Positions 1 through 13,254 of a stretch of DNA of 64,000 nt are shown one piece after another. The translations under genes were made by a program, and so were the position numbers. Numbering within the stretch: the stretch's first letter is position 1; each line of letters opens with the position of its first letter. Origin of the DNA: Trichosphaerium sp. ATCC 40318 (lineage: Eukaryota > Protista > Tubulinea); assembly GCA_038496445.1 (NCBI GenBank), contig JALMLS010000234.1, positions 13,797 through 77,796 of the forward strand, given 5' to 3'. Under the pieces are notes generated by a model, which searched no databases, was not told the origin of the DNA, and saw only the letters and a list, made by a program, of their open reading frames with translations.

Positions 1-1471
1 AGTGTATCACGTTTCAATGATATCTTAATATCTCTTGCTAGTTTATCCTTTTGGTAACTATACTCTTCAATTAAAGGATATCCTAAATCTATACATCTAG
101 ATCTCACGTGCTAAAAAGCATAAGTTGTCAAAAGAAAAAGTAAAAAATAAAAAGCATAATCATACTGTAGACATTGCCGGAATAATCTCAATGTGACATC
201 TATCCTCACCATCATCAAAACTATTTTCTTCTTCCTCATCTTCTTTATTATTCTTGTCTTCACCTAATAGGCGTTAAAAAGTGTTTCTAATTGATACTAA
301 AAACCAAGCCACCTCCGATATCTATCATAGCCAAGAAATCTTCTTCAGTAGGGAATACAGGTGCTGCGCTGGACGCTACGAACGATTCTACAATACCAGC
401 CTACAGAAAAACAATGGCATAAGCGTGTTGTTAGCCTATGGGATCTTGAGGTGTACCTCTGGATTCGCCATAGCAGATTGTATTTCTGAATCTGCTATGA
501 GTACTTCAAGTAATTCAACACTTGTTGATTCAATGTAATACTTCACACCAGCTTCTCGAGTCCCTCTAACTACAAGCCTTATACTACCACTCTTAAACGT
601 AGAACTCTTTATCAAATCCTTAACTTCATCTGGGATGCTCACCTGGCGTTATTTTAGTTTTTTTCTAGCCAACCATTTTCTTTTTTTACAAAGTGTTTAG
701 GCTTGTTCCAAAAACATATCGAGAGTAAATTGTTCAACGTTCGTGCCTTTGAGAAGTGTTTAAGCTTATCAATGATTTGATAGGTATTTTGGCCTGTTGA
801 TATTGCTCCAAATAGAGAAAATTTGCTGAGCTCGTACTCATGTATATACGCGGATCTGGTTGGTTAGAAAGGCGTATTAACAGACGAAAAGTTGACGCAT
901 TTTATGAGAATTTTTGAAGCTTTTGTTGTACGTGTCAATAGCGTACCTGCAAACTGGTTCAGCGATTGAGATGAGGAACTCGTATGCCTGTTGGTATTGA
1001 GGCGAAAAACGTTCAAGAAAAATACGGCAATTTGGCAGGACAATAATAGGCTTCGACGCGTTCTTGGTGTCGTCTGTGGCCAGTAACGTGTATGTTTGCG
1101 ACAAATCCTTATAAACAAGTGTTGGTGTAACCAAACCGTGGTATGCGGGTTTTCTACGCGTCTTCTTTGGTTTTTTGGCACTTTGCTGTGGTGAATCAAT
1201 GTCTAGAATTTCAACATCACTGTCATCATCTTTACTATCGGAAACACCCTCTGACGGTGCTTTACGACGTTTTTTAAGCTTGGGAGCTTCATTTTTGCCG
1301 GATACACTGTCTGTATTTCTCTTTCGCTTACTTCTCAACTGTACTTTTAATTGTGTATCTGTACGTACTAAGACAAGTGTCTACAAACAAAAACAGTTTA
1401 AACGAACCGTCAGGCTCAGCTTCATCGCTACTAGCAATTGCAACAACGTCAGAAAACTCATCACTGCTCAT
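1..1471 (-). CDS. ERCC3: TFIIH helicase/translocase XPB (ERCC3/Ssl2), 5' part; gene runs off the left window edge
   Basis: Spliced exons give [79 protein letters not shown] and [18 protein letters not shown], matching the XPB N-terminal domain. Likely start MSSDEF at 1471. Confidence 0.9.
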
Positions 1472-1600
1472 ACCACGCGCAGTACCAGCGTTTAGACTCC
1501 GAAAATGCTAAAAAAGCAAATGAGTTAAGTGTGGAACTGCTAAGCGTCAGCTGTTTTTCTTACCTCATTTTGACACTTGCTGGATTTTGGCTGACACGTG

Positions 1601-3841
1601 ATGGTTATGTTTATTGACCAGAAGACTACAGTACGATTAGCATCGTACTACGAAGTAACAGTTTGGTATTGTATTAGGTTGTCTTGTTGATTTTTTGTAC
1701 TGTTGTTAGCGCAAGTATTAATGTTAATGTAACTACATATGGCGCTAAAGGTACGCTTTACACTTGTTAACATGAGAATGAAGACATTTAGGTGACGGCA
1801 AAACAAACGACCACAACGCTATTGTAGCTGCTATTTCAGCGTGTAAAACGTCAGGAGGCGGCGAAGTAGGCCTTTTTATAACTAATTGACTTACTAAAAG
1901 AATGTAGGTACGCTTCACAGCGCCTGGAAGATACCTAACCGCGCCATTTAATTTAACTGATAATTTAACGTACAATTATGACAACTTTTCTAAAGCCAGT
2001 TCAATAATTCTCTTACAGCCTGAGAGTTGATCCTGGCGCCACTATTCTCGCCATAGATGATGAGGTACTGAGTGTTATTAGCAAAAAGCGTAATTTTATT
2101 AAACTTGGTTGATTCTAGACGAAGTGGCCTGTTATACCACCAATGCCTTCTTATGGTACCGGAAGAGAGCTTCCTGGGCCTAGATACACATCATTTATCC
2201 ATGGGCAACATTTACAAAACGTTGAGATTACAGGTCTGTATTTTTGTGGTTTTCTGATTTTGTGCTTTATTTTCTGGTTTTTTTCTGATTACTTACATTA
2301 CTTAGGCGGTGGTACAATAGATGGGCAAGGCGCATATTGGTGGAAGTTATTCGAATCAAAGAATCTTAAACATACAAGAGGGTACGATAGAGCTTTAAAG
2401 CGTAGTAGAGTTTGTAACAAACAAATAGACGGCTTATTGAATTCATGTGGACAAATCATGTGTTGATACATAATATACATCTTCAAAACAGCCCATTTTG
2501 GACTGTTCACCCAGTTTACTGTGACGATGTAACAGTACGCAATGTCTCGATTAAGAACCCTGCTAGTAGTCCCAACACAGATGGTACGAAACAATGAGAT
2601 GTAAAAAAGAAGCTAATAATATTTAGGCGTTGATCCTGACTCTTCAACAAATGTGCTTATTGAAAATTGTACTATTGATGTTGGGTGCGTTACTTATTCT
2701 TTAGAATATATGGATATCTAAAAATAAAATAGCGATGATATGATTGCTATCAAAAGCGGCATGAATGAAGCAGGAGTTAAGTATGGAAGACCAAGGTATC
2801 CGAATTCTTTTTTATTCGAAAACCCAATTGCCCCCACAGGGCTCAAGAAGCTTTTCTTCCTATCCCCACTTTTGGTCTAGTTTTATATGCTATATCTTGT
2901 TAGCAACATCAAAGAAAATATTCACGTGTGCACGTGTCAAGGAGAGTTGTTATTTAGCGTTTATTCATTTTTTAGCGGAAATATGACTATCAGAAACAAC
3001 CTATTCCTAAATGGACATGGCGCTTCTATTGGATCTGAAATGTCTGGTGGTGTTTTTAATATCACTTTTGATAATAACATCTTCAAAAATACAGAAAGGT
3101 ATCCACACTCTTTGCATGCTAAAGAGCCTTGACATTTTTTCTTTTTTTTCGTTTTTCAAAAAAAAACTGTCAACCTTTTTATCGCATTTATACTTAAACT
3201 GAGTTTACTTTATAGGGGTTGTCGTATAAAAACCGAGGCTGATCGGGGAGGGTATGTTAAAAACGTAATATTTAAGAACATGGTTATAAACAATGTAAAA
3301 GAGGTAAACAACAAAACTCTAAAAGAAATTTAACAATTTTTCACAAATCTTAACACCAATGTAGGTTATATCTGTCAGTATGTTTTGTGCGTATTGTTAA
3401 AGTAGAGAGTAATAGGTGGTTTAATATTGTTTTAGATGGATTTGATACTACATCTCAAGGCCAGAGAGACGATAAAGCTATGGCTTTACCTCTTCCTATT
3501 TTTGAAGACTTTACTTTTTCTAATCTAACTGCAAATGATTGTGAAAGTGCAGGACAAATCCAATGTCTCGAGGGAAGTCCATGTACTTCACTAAACCTAG
3601 AAGACATACACATAGGAGTACGTTATTTTAATAGCAGAATATTGTAACATAACAGCCATTTTCTGAGTGTTTTATTTCATCGGCCAAGCGGAAATTTTGA
3701 GCCGAGCCATAACATACAATTTCTAAGCATTATAAATAGGCAAAAACAGGTTTCACGTGTGGCTATGCTTTTGGCAAATACAGGGACGTTTCACCAACAC
3801 CTTGTATAAAGTCTGAACAGAGCAGCAAGTTGTCAATATAA
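1601..3841 (+). CDS. Secreted GH28 polygalacturonase-like enzyme, multi-exon
   Basis: Signal peptide (VVLLIFCTVVSA), YGAKGDG, GGTIDGQG..WW, NSPFWTVHP, and GH28 catalytic motifs PNTDG, GDD.IAIKSG, GHG.SIGSE, RIKT across GT-AG exons. Confidence 0.9.
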
Positions 3842-4403
3842 ACACTACTATTCAGCGTAATTAATATGCCTAATTCTCGTCAGGTTTTCACACGTGTTGT
3901 CGTTTTAATACCAAGTCTGTTCCCGTTTTGGTATTCCGTACTGAAATGTAAACTGGATGAAGATATGACAATGACTGTCTTCGTTTAAAAGTCAGAGATA
4001 CCATTAGATTGAAATAGGCATACAACGTGGATCACAAATGAAAAAAATAGTTCACAAAAGAAAAGGAATCCCTTTAGGCTGAATGTCATTTACTTTTTGT
4101 ACCACGGTTTATTGACATGTTGTGAGGTCTATACATACTCTAAAATAGAGTGTACGCACACACTGGGTCACACTCATGACGATTTCATTGCACTAAGTAT
4201 ACATTCTGATCAACACAAGGAAACGCATTATATTACTTTCCCAAAAATGCAATAAAATTGTATCCATCAACTGACTAATTTTAAGTTTGGTTTATTGTAA
4301 AACACTGAAAAATCGTGCTAGATGGAATACATAAAAAGCTGCAAGAATTGTCTTTATCACATAAAAACTAAATCATTAAGCTCTCTTTGCTTTACTTCTA
4401 AAA

Positions 4404-4852
4404 TCAAGCATATGTAGGTTGTGCGTTCTTTTTGCGAGCACACATGACACATCCAACAATGCATCCAATACAACAACCCAAAATAAGAATACCAACTACC
4501 ACATCGTTAGAAGAGGGAAAAGAAAAAGGAATGAAGCAAACAGTAACAACATACCAACAATACCAACAGGTAGAACCCACTTCCTAAGGCAGCTTGAGCC
4601 TACAAGTTGACCCGTACAACACTTTGCATTTATTCCAGTGTCTTTATCTAGCCAAGAACCGTTGCATGTACAGCAATAATTAGTGCCAAGGTACGTAACG
4701 GAAATGTCTTTGCTAGGGCAGTTGTCTCCTGGTGCACAAGCTATCCCGCCGTCGTGTGGTAGTGCTGATAAGTCTAGTGTCTCTGCAAGGTAAGCTGAGG
4801 CTTGTAGGCATGCAAAGGAAAGTATTAGGACGAAGAGAGTTGTTGTAGTCAT
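4404..4852 (-). CDS. Small type I membrane protein with Cys-rich ectodomain
   Basis: Signal peptide MTTTTLFVLILSFACLQASA, Cys-rich ectodomain, one intron, TM segment WVLPVGIVVGILILGCCIGCIVGCVMC, short tail RKKNAQPTYA*. Confidence 0.75.
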
Positions 4853-5085
4853 AGGTTCGAAAATGATGTTTGGTTTCTTTGGAACAAGTTGGGAATTCAC
4901 AGAATACCCAGTTTTTTGCTGGGTATTTCTCTGCACAGCAAAAATTCAAGGATCGTTCTTTAATTTATACTACAATTAGGTATTTATATTGTAACAAAGA
5001 GGGTAGATATCCAAAAAGAGACGCTCTATGAATTGCACAAAACTATTTAGCAAAAAACCACAGTTTGTGACGTTTTTCTTAGATT

Positions 5086-5187
5086 CTTAGGGTACCACTG
5101 GTTCAACTATCCTTGCACGAAGACGGTGAACCTAATCTTAGGGACCGTACATTAACTAGCAACCTTCGGGTTAGTCATTTACCCAAG
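5086..5187. ncRNA. Candidate structured intergenic RNA (unassigned)
   Basis: GGGTA(5090-94)/TACCC(5180-84) closing helix, GGTTCA(5100-05)/TGAACC(5127-32) helix, AACC-TTCG-GGTT hairpin (5161-72). No family recognised. Confidence 0.25.
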
Positions 5188-5433
5188 GCATGCGTAGTAT
5201 TACACGAGCAGATTTTCACAACAAAAACACTCCCAAACGTAATAGTTTTTGCTTGGATCATCAAGGAAACTACACTCACGTGGTAGGCCGGCGTAACCGA
5301 TGTTTGTTTTATCAGCTTCATAAATATCCCACACGCGAATTCGATGCTGTAAACCGCTTTATTTGGCATATTGTTGCTGTTTAAACACTTCTTTCTTGCG
5401 TATATTATGTGCAATAAGAAAGATTGGTTATGT

Positions 5434-7262
5434 TCACAACGTGAAGAGATCATTTGCTTTTACAAAGAGGACCCTAAATATTTTCGTTATTACACAAAAA
5501 GTTCAAAAAACATACAACCAAAAAAATGTACCTCTGTGTTCCTCTTCTTACTTTTGATAGACCTTTTGGTATTGGTTTTCTATACTTTGATAGTATAGGT
5601 AATATACATGTTCCGTAGTTATGTACTAGTTGGGATAAAGAAATACGAAACCAATCATTTTTTGATGTTAGATTATAGGTCTTTTTAACTTGTTGAATAA
5701 AATCATACTCCCTGCTTTTGTCCCACGTTTGTGTACTTAAGATATGCTCTACAGAATAAGGTATTAGCTCACAGATATTATTAAATCATAATGCGTACTG
5801 GTTCGGGTTCTAAAGGCATCAAGACGCCATGGGTGATCAGGATACATATCTTGAACCAAGTTTTTCAAATCTCCATAATACCTTTCCGACATTCAGTTTC
5901 TGTTTGTATAAAAACTTTTCACTTACCCTATAATTCCTGAAGCTATTGATTTAATTTTACTGTGTTTTATACTATGCCATTCATCTATACTAAAAATACC
6001 AAGGCTTTTTTCTAGCTAAGAAAATCTGTTGGAACCACAAGAGACTCAAAAAAAATTATCAAAAAAAAAAAGAGCTTCTTACACTACGAACAACATTTAG
6101 TCTATTATGAGATTTACTCCAGTAATTCATCGGCACTGATGCTGTAATAACATTAAAAAACAAAAGGAAAATCTAAGAGATATACCAAATCGCCATGACT
6201 CCCATCTATAATCTGGATACATATCATGTAAGCACCGATGTAACGAACCGCCATAATACCTTTAAAAAAAAGTCACAAGATAACTTTTAAGTCAAAGGCC
6301 ACCCCACGTGCGTACATGTATATCATATCGGAACCTGGTACTTGTTTAATTTGACGTGTGGTAACTGTATACCAATCTTCAATCTTATTTATTTCTTGCT
6401 TTTTTTCATACTAATATTTCCATTTGAGTCAGAACATGCTTTACTGGTTTTATAGGTTAAAAATCGTACATCTATCAACCAAGCAAGTCTGTTAGCATAA
6501 ATATGCCATCCGTGATGTGGAGAAACCTTTGCTATTTAGACACGTGTGAGTACAAAGCAAAGAAGCAACAACAATAGTACTAAATTTCCAAGATTGCCAA
6601 GATGTATCACTATAAACTGCCCTTATCATAGCTACTAATGAACCCTTGTACTTGCTTGACTTTTATTAGACGAACTACTAGCTACGTAGATCACTTCTTA
6701 CGCTAAAATTTTCTTTCCTCCTGCATTGACAATATCGTCACCTGAGACTTGATACCAATCATCTATTTTTTTAATGTCAAGTTGTTCTTCAATCTATACT
6801 TCCGTTATAACCTATTTTGAAACAAAAATAAATAGTGTACATCTCTAACTACATCAATGACATTACTATGATTATCCCAAAATCTTTCAGATACACATCC
6901 TGATGAAGTGTCAAAGGTTGAAAGTTTTTCCCTTTTTCTGAAAAAAGCAAAAAATAGTATTTAAGCGTTTTCTCACGTACTAAATTTTGTTTGCTTCCAT
7001 TGAACATCAGGATAGGCGTTGGTTAGTGCTAAGCTTACGGAACCACCACCAGATCTGGTTTTAAAATTAGTTATCTAGTTTTAACTGTTCAATCGCTAAT
7101 TACCGTATAAATCGGTGTCCTCCCGCCTGTATAACATCTCTATACGTTACATTATACCAATCACGTAGAGAAGTAATGCCAAGCTTCGCTTCTACCTACA
7201 AACGTATTATAACGCGTTTTACGCAATAAGATAACCTTCATGACAGACGCTAAGCACGCCAT
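5434..7262 (-). CDS. DWY/WKF tandem-repeat protein, copy A (5 repeats, no nuclease domain)
   Basis: Hand-spliced GT-AG exons give repeats centred on RDWYNV, DDWYQV, EDWYTV, DEWHSI and NDWFRIS, most followed by GG..., Y.GS..., YP...W..W.F; ends QRVLFVKANDLFTL*. Missed entirely by the ORF track. Confidence 0.8.
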
Positions 7263-7410
7263 GGCTAAACGTCACTAAAAGCCTCGAAACGGCCTCTCTG
7301 CTATCCGTTTTGATACGGTCCACTTCCAGCAAACTAACAACACATTACACAGAACTTAAGCAAACATACAAGGTAATTTGTATTCAACGTTTTTATTTCT
7401 TTGAGAAAAA

Positions 7411-10179
7411 TTATGACGATCGCAATGCTTGCAAATTCTCAAGCTCTTGTTGTAAATCTGCAGTCTTACGACACTCCTAAGCTTATATTAAACAACTTCG
7501 TCCTTATACTACAACCGTACCTCTTGAAACTCCTTGGCGGCCTTATAATACGCACGCTCTTTCTCAACCAAAGTCTGGTATTGCTCATCACTGAGATCTC
7601 TTGTCTCCTAAAATCAAAAAATGAGATACAGAAGAACGTGATTCTACACGTCTTCAGATTGTTTTTACTTTGTCTGTGATACGTACCTTTGATTGCTCTA
7701 CCATGTCCTTTGCCCGTGTGAGATTATCTCTAACAGACTTTTCGATCTGATCGAGAGACTCCAAAAACTTTGTTCTGACTGATTTGGATTTTCGTGTTTT
7801 TGGATATGTATCACGTATGGATTGTAAAATATTGACCTGAAGAGAACATGATTAGCAACCATAAGTGTAACAGCAACTGAGAAGAAAAGCAAGGAGCAGA
7901 GGAAAAGAAAACTAGGCGCAGTACGTACTTCTTTTTCTAAAAATGTTCTTGTATCTTGCAATGTATTAAAAGTATTATAATACTGCTTTGTCTCAGTAAA
8001 TCTCACTGTCATTTGCTCATATAACTCTACAAACTGTTTACTGTATTGTTGTAGTTCCCTACGAGATGGAATCTCATCAATCTTCCTCTTAGCAAGTGCA
8101 ATATCCTATTATTGACAAAAAACATAAGCCACGTGATTTTCAGAATAACTAAAAAGACGTACCCTAGTCTTAGACTTGAGTACTTCATTAACTTTTCTTT
8201 GTTTTTCAGCAAGTTTAGCAAGCTGCGCTTCTGCCAAACGTATCTTCTTTCCTTCTGCAGTTTCGTGTCTATTGGTAAAAAATAAGAAGAACAGTTCATC
8301 CAGGTAGATTTCAAAAAAAAAAATCGGTTCAAAAACATACTTTTGGCTTTTAACAGCCTCAACCCTTGCTTGCCACAAACCAAGCTGCTCTTTACAATTT
8401 AGTTTGAATTCCTTAATTTGGGTCTTAAGGTTCTCATTGAGGCTCACAAGAGCTCGAAGTTGATCAATAAGAGCTTTATTCTGTACAAAAAAATTAGGAA
8501 GAGATTAAATAATAATAAAAGCTGTTTACCTCTGGTGTTTCCTTTGCAATAAACTCATCAATTCTAGCCTGAATTTGAGCATTCTCAGCCTCGCTTGTTT
8601 GTAGTATCTCTTTAAGTTTCTCTAGACGCGCAAGTAACTTATTACGCCCAGGTTTGAGAGCATCTGCCTTACTAAAAAGAGATAAGTTGTCAAGCTCAAA
8701 TAGCAATAATAAATAATTAAGTTTTCGTGTGAACAACGTACGCATCTGCTGCTGCTTTTTGTTTCCTTATTTTACCCAATTGATTCAAATGAGCTTTCTC
8801 TTTATCAAGAGTCTGAGACTCTTCAGAGTACTTTTTCTTTACTTCTTTCCAAACTTCACCGCCCTTTTGGAAACACGTGATATCAGCAACGAAAACAAAT
8901 AATAAAACAAAAAAACAAGCTAATACCGGTACTCACCTCTTGAAGATTTTTTTGTATCATTTGTCGTACATTATCTTCCTCAATACTCTCACCTTGCCCT
9001 GTACAATGAAGAATGTCAAAACCACGCGTTATGAACAAAGTAGAAAGTACATTTTGACGCAGATTTAAGCATTTTTTGTTGTAACTTTTCGTTCTTCTCC
9101 GCTTCTACAACAACCTCTGCTGCATCCTCTAAATCAAACTGTCAACGCAACGGTGCTATAATCCCTTTCGCAAATATAATATCTTGACGCAAAGGGGGAT
9201 GATTTAGAGTACGTACCTGCAGTGGCAAAGTTGTCTAACGGATTCTTTTTATCTTCCTTCGCTCTGTTCTTTTGTTTGAGGGCCATAGTATACAGATACC
9301 CTTGTCCATACTCAACAAGCGTCTTAAATGATAGTTAGCACGCTAGTTGGCGTCAAGGTGTATTTTGTTTCTTTGATTTTACGCACAGCTTGAACTCTGT
9401 CATTTTCTTGGCGCCTGTCACTACGCAGACGCTTGCTACGACGTGTTCTTGATTGTAGTTAGCAACAAATAATTTTTATGGAAGTCATACCTCAATCTGT
9501 ATTTTCTAACCACCCCATAGTTGGAGCTGGCGCGATTTAAGTAGTTTAATCCTTTAACTTTGCCTTCTTTGGCTTGACGTTCTTCAGGGAGCTCAAAACC
9601 TTTGTCAAATTGCGCAACAGAGAATAAACGAATGACATCTTCAGTTTGAGACCTAAAATCGGTTAGCAAATCACAAGTGTAAAAAATGTCTAACCTGACT
9701 TCTATTACTCTGTTCACGAGCCACTTTAGCGCTGGTAGAAGCTTAATGTAATTGAGGTACAGAATTTCATTGGCAACGAGGCGAGTTGGACATTTCATTT
9801 TCCTTAAAGCCTCCACAACATTACCAGATACTTGTCTATCATGAATTTAGTAATTACAGCATATTTTGAAAAAAGAATAAGTAACTTCTGTATTTTGACA
9901 CGAACATTCCAAACAGACGTACACTTTTTCAAACAAACGCGCATTCTCTTGAAAGAGTAGTGCGAAATCGATTTTTACTTGACTGTTCATAATACACCAA
10001 CACATCCCTCCAACAACGCGATCAAAGGGGCTTAGGGTAGTAATACGCGCTCTGAAGTATCCAGCAGCCAATAGCAACCCAATGGTGGCCTCATATTTCT
10101 TTAACTGCTCAGGATCATCAACATGTTGGGTATTGCCATCTCTCGCGGCTGATTGGCCAGCAGCAATCTTAAAAGACAT
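7411..10179 (-). CDS. CCDC93: CCDC93, CCC/Commander complex subunit
   Basis: LLLAAGYFRARITTLSPFDRVVGGMCWCI N-terminus, coiled-coil body, ETKQYYNTFNTL and YKAAKEFQEEC C-terminus. Confidence 0.92.
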
Positions 10180-10300
10180 TTTGTGGTATTATACGAGTGT
10201 TTTGAAGAACTTGACAGCGAAAATTGTAGACTATTTTTGAACGCTGCTTTTTCTCAAATAATAATTGTTCATCAAGAGGTGCTATAACCAATAAGCTATA

Positions 10301-12629
10301 ATGCACCATTCCGATAAACGGCGTAACGCGTTAAAAGACAGTAACCATAATAATACCGCTGTTTCGTCTAAAATAGATCGAGTGCTGCTTGAACTTGTAA
10401 ACATACGCGAGAAGTTACATCTAGAAAGTACAGCGAGAGAAAATCTGGGTATGAGCATGAAAAAATGATTGTAACACCTGAAAATGAGCTTTCTACGTGC
10501 ACTCGGCCACTCCCTAGCAATTTTCAGAGCTTTTGAGGTCATTGAAGTGTCAAGCTGATCATTTTTAGAGACGAGCATAACAGAACTCAAAGCAGACTTG
10601 TGGCGCCTTGAACAGAACTATGACTTTTGCTATAGCATTTTAACTTCAAATGGGTACCCGACATTAATATCTTTTTGAGTTTTAACGGATCCTTGCCTAA
10701 ATAGCTTATGTGAAGCCCCTTTTATCCTTCAATTACCAAGGGAGTTATTCGAGTTTATAACACGTTTATTGGATGTTGCAACACTTCACAGCCTCATAAG
10801 ATCATGTCGGGCACTATACCACCAAACTTGGTTGTGGACACGTGCGTTGAAGTTATCTTATAGGTTTATTCTATTTCTTACTTGCTCTGTGTTCATTTAG
10901 GTCTTTGCAAGCAGAAGTTTGGTGAGAATGTTGATTTTAAGTTTAGAGGATGGAAGAAAGAGTTTTTAAGAAAACTTCACTTACAAGATTCATGGCGGAA
11001 TGGAAGGTAGGACTAAGTCATGTTACGATTATTTATTTATATGCTCATCACCTTGTAGGTGTAACGTCAAGGATATTGAAAATCATACCTTCGGTGTGAG
11101 TTGTCTTGATATAAGTGGTGATTTGGTCGTTACTGGTTCGGGTGAGTTTTTCTTTCAGTATTTTTATTTTATTTGTTCATGTTTTTATTAGCTGATAAGA
11201 CTGTGGCGATAAGCAATATCAACACGCTCAAAAAATTGGTCATATTCACAGGGCATAACCAAGGTGTTATGTGCGTTAAATTGGCATATCAACAAGGATT
11301 GGTATTTAGTGGTTCTGTAGATACAACAGTTCGGTACGTGGTTTTATTAAAATGATAATATAATTGACAAACATTTTAGTGTATGGTCTCTAGCAAAGCG
11401 TCAATGTGAATACGTGCTTACAGGTGCGGTATAATGAAGCAGGCTACTACATAATACTCAGTAAGGCCACACTGATGCCATTTTGTGTATTTGCTACGAT
11501 CCTATAAAAGGCAGGTTAGCTAGTGGATCTGGAGATACAACTGCTAGGTATTTTCCTTGCACGTTTATTGTGTTATATTAAAAAACTTGGATAGGCTATG
11601 GGATATAAATAATGGAGCAACACTCCATGAGTTTACAGGTAAACAACTACTTTTCAAAAGTTGTGTTTTTTTAATTGTTTTGTAGGTCATAGATTGAATA
11701 TTTTATGGTTCGTTTATTTATCTATGTGTTGGAGTTTTATTTCTAACATGACATGAATTAAGTCTTGAGCTTCATAAAGATTTTCTTTTTACTGGTGCTA
11801 AAGACTTTGAAATACGTGTATGGTCTACAATAGACGGAAGTTTAATCCATGTTTTGAGAAGTCATAGATCTGACATTTTTTGTTTATCAATGGTGAGGCT
11901 TTTATGGTATGCTTTATCAGTTTATGTACTAACTGTTTATGTAAGTGGAATGATCATTTAATATCAGGTTCTATTGATAGCCAGGCCGTAATGTAAGTGC
12001 TAGTTCTAAAGATTACAGTGATGGTTTTTTAGATGGAGTGTGAACGAAGATGATGCTCAGAAAATAGAGACTCTTCAAGGGCATAAAGCTGATGTTCTAG
12101 CGTATGATCAAGAGCCTTGTATCTCACAGTATTAATATTAGGCTAACCATCTATAGGCTGAAAGTTTATGGCGATATGTTATTCACAGCAAGTACAGATA
12201 GGACAGTAAGACGTAAGAAAAAGATTCTTATTATTCTTATTTATTTCTTAATAGAATGGGACCTCACAAAACCAATAAACGAGAAACTTGTAAGAGTTTA
12301 TGGCGGTCATAAAGACGCAATAGAGGTCATAGGTGTGTCAGAATATGATAATTTAGTAACATGTAGTGCGGATAGAACAATAAAGGTAAAAAAAAACCAA
12401 CATAAACTTTTCTATGTATAGTAACCAAGTTACTTCCTAGATTTGGAGTACAAATACTGGTGAGTGTATATCTACACTACCAGGAATGGAATGGGTACAC
12501 TTATATATTTATTCTATACAACTGTTTTCTAATACAAGCCTCTAGATGTTTAGTATGCAAGTGATTGAGAATGCCATTGTTTATGCATCGGCAGCATCAG
12601 GGAAACTATTTGTTTACAAGTTCAATTAG
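10301..12629 (+). CDS. F-box/WD40-repeat protein (FBXW-like)
   Basis: F-box LPRELFEFITRLLDVATLHSLIRSCR followed by several GH...SGS.D.T.R.W WD40 repeats. Confidence 0.88.
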
Positions 12630-13086
12630 AAAATAAACAAGTACAAAGAAATCACGTTGTCAAAAATATGAGAAACATATGCAATGTAACATTTACATTT
12701 AATGACAGCACAACAAAGTGGTATTCCCTGTTGTATGAAGTAATATCAATCTTTGCGTTCACTATGTTGTTTACGTAAATAAACAGATAGTAAGTTAAGA
12801 ACGATGTGGCTCACTTGTACTGGTTTTTTTATTATAGATCTATTGCCATGGGCATATGTTCTATCCAATCTTGTCTACACGAAGAACAATTATGTCAATA
12901 AATTTATTTGAATGAAAAAAAATAATTCATAGGTACGTGCCTCTGTTTCACTACAGAACTCTTGTTCGTTATAACGTGATAGTATATTTAATGTCCTTAC
13001 AGTTTGATTAGGGTTATTTTATCAACGTTCTCTACAATAAGATATACAATCTCTGCAGGTAATTGAAGTGTGTCAGCACAAGACAT
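12626..13086 (-). CDS. Small hypothetical protein with F-box-like N-terminus
   Basis: MSCADTLQLPAEIVYLIVENVDKITLIKL resembles an F-box; three GT-AG introns keep the frame, but one needs an atypical GAG acceptor. Confidence 0.35.
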
Positions 13087-13254
13087 TGTCTCTCAACAAT
13101 TAAAGCTCCAATAAATAAAACAAGAAAATTTCTGCCAAATCCTTGGCCATTAAAAACTTTTAAACTTTTTTTTAAAGAAATCCTAACCACCACAACGTTT
13201 ACTGTTTTTAATTCATTATTTGCATACATTTAGGATATTACAGCCAAACAAAAA

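Noticed and set aside
2796-3110. GTATCC donors as possible U12-type introns
   Set aside because: They lack the full GTATCCTT consensus and I found no convincing TCCTTAAC branch site.
5175-5430. Short ORFs downstream of repeat gene A as its missing nuclease exon
   Set aside because: None of the minus-strand frames contains the D...EYQG..H motif seen in copy B.
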